Positions 62,583 through 64,000 of a stretch of DNA of 64,000 bases are shown here, one piece after another. The stretch is taken from contig CM059431.1 in NCBI GenBank assembly GCA_030390025.1, positions 119,786,001 through 119,850,000 on the forward strand, written 5' to 3'. This DNA is from Squalus acanthias (Eukaryota). The notes under the pieces were generated by a model. The model had not been told where the DNA came from. It made no database searches and saw only the letters and a program-made list of their open reading frames with translations. A program made the translations under genes and the position numbers. Each line of letters opens with the position of its first letter. Positions within the stretch are counted from its first letter, which is position 1.

Positions 62583-64000
62583 TGTGAAGGAATAAGCCAT
62601 ATAACCTATTCAGAAAAATACACTGTCTCATGAAAGAATTCTGGCCTTATTAAAACATGACCAACTGGGTTTGGAAATTTAGAAACCTAACTATGAAACA
62701 GTTATGAAAACATTCTGGCTATTGAGATAAGATAGTTGTTGACACTGAATCAATAACCTTATTAAAACAGAAGGTTAAAGGCTCCCAACAGGCTGACTTT
62801 TGAGAACAAAACAATTGTTCATCCTGGATAAGGTGTTCTAATTTACACCTCGTAAAGAAGCACAAACATCTGCCTTCGTAAAAATTACATCAAGTAAAAA
62901 ACACACCTGCCATCACACCGTTTTTTATGGTAAACTTAGAACACCTAGAGAGGAGACATAATTCTATAATGCTACCAGCTGAGGTGACTGTAAGAATTGC
63001 AGGGTCAGCAGAAAAATGACTAGAGATAATTAGCTTACATCAGCAGAAAACCTTAAAGGAAATACCACTGGAAAAGTGTATAAATATTGAACTCTCAAAT
63101 GGGATAGTAGTCTCGATTTAATCGGGCAAAGCGATTCTCGGCTTCAGAGGTGGCTCTGTAAGTCTCCAACTCTTTGGGCTGGATTTTGTCTTGGGGTCGG
63201 GTTGGGGTCATTTTACCCACATTTTGTGTTGCCCCCCCGACTCCAGATTAATGTGGATGAATGATGCAATGTTCACTTAATTGGGTAATTGAATTCCAGC
63301 ATGTGGGAACCCATGAACCAATTAGTGGTTTCAGTCTGAAAGTCGCCTCTGAAGATGTCATCATTGCAGGTCAGAGCCTGACTGCCTGGTCTCAGAGACT
63401 GCCTGGCTTTTGGTGTGAGAGGACCTGGATGCAAAATGAGCAGCAGCTCTAAGGAGAGAGAGAGAGAGAGAGAGAGAGAATTTTTTTTGCAAGGCCAGGC
63501 AGTTTCTGAAGACATTCAATGCAGCAGCATCAGAGGCGACTTTCAGACCTAATACTACTACTACCTTCATCACATCTCCGTTGTAATAGTGGACCTGCAG
63601 CTGATAGTCAGCTATCCACTTGTGCTCCCGCCAGGTTTCACTGGCATGTTTCACATCAGGCGTACTTCATGTTGGAAAAGGGTTAAACTAGCTAAAACGT
63701 TTCAAAATGGCATTACAGAGCCAATTTAAGGATAGTTAAGAGCGTTAATGGCCTCTTGCGCCTCTTGGAGGTGGGACGGAGTCGGGAACCCCGCGACCCA
63801 TTTTGTCAAAATTGCGTGGAGGCGTGTTGGAGTCGGGATTGGGTCGGGACCCCCGAATCTGCTACTTTAACCCCCCACACGCCTCCAAACCCGACTCCAC
63901 GGGTCATTCAAAATCCAGCCCTTTGTACCTCGGGGATCAAAGTTATTTGATTTTGGTGGATATCCTGTAGAACACAAAGAACTGTAAAACTGTAGCGAAG
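62583..64000 (+). repeat. 3' LTR of the foamy-like element (partial, MITE-interrupted)
   Basis: 62583-63175 and 63925-64000 align to 52872-53542. Confidence 0.93.
63176..63921. mobile_element. Harbinger-type MITE in the 3' LTR
   Basis: Perfect 13-bp TIR GGGCTGGATTTTG...CAAAATCCAGCCC with TTT TSD. The empty site is visible in the 5' LTR (CTCTTTGTAC, 53461-53470). Confidence 0.95.

Larger units (their letters stand above)
52872..64000 (+). mobile_element. Endogenous foamy-like (spuma-type) provirus, internally deleted, env-less; 3' LTR runs off the window
   Basis: LTR pair, tRNA-Lys PBS, PPT, and foamy-type RNase H and integrase. Confidence 0.88.

Noticed and set aside
30555..64000. The env-bearing pol-less element and the env-less foamy element as a complementing pair
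   Set aside because: Different LTRs, PBS tRNAs and apparent ages. The foamy copy lacks RT and has a broken IN. Proximity is best explained by chance.

Overview
Repeat-dense, gene-poor eukaryotic genomic DNA, most likely from a cartilaginous fish (shark). That assignment is inferred from the SacSINE1/Deu-type SINEs, CR1 LINEs, Penelope elements and GC-rich Harbinger MITE families. No host protein-coding gene is supported. Two LTR retroelements dominate. (1) 30555-39484 is an 8.9-kb element with ~1.64-kb near-identical LTRs, a tRNA-Arg PBS and a gag with a CCHC knuckle. The gag UGA-CUG stop is in frame with an ORF that holds a triplicated paralogue of Gag's own coiled coil where pol should be. 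It is followed by an env with signal peptide, Ig-like domain, RQRR furin site and TM anchor (lokiretrovirus/F-type-like by inference). This element sits inside a full-length two-gene Harbinger transposon, which itself split a Penelope hammerhead remnant. (2) 52872 to beyond 64000 is an endogenous foamy-like (spuma) provirus with a tRNA-Lys PBS and foamy-type RNase H and integrase. It has no room for env, lacks gag-PR-RT, and has been hit by two young CR1s, a solo LTR and a MITE. The remainder is MITEs, SINEs and CR1/Tx1/Penelope fragments. All family assignments are from motif recognition by eye; no searches were run.
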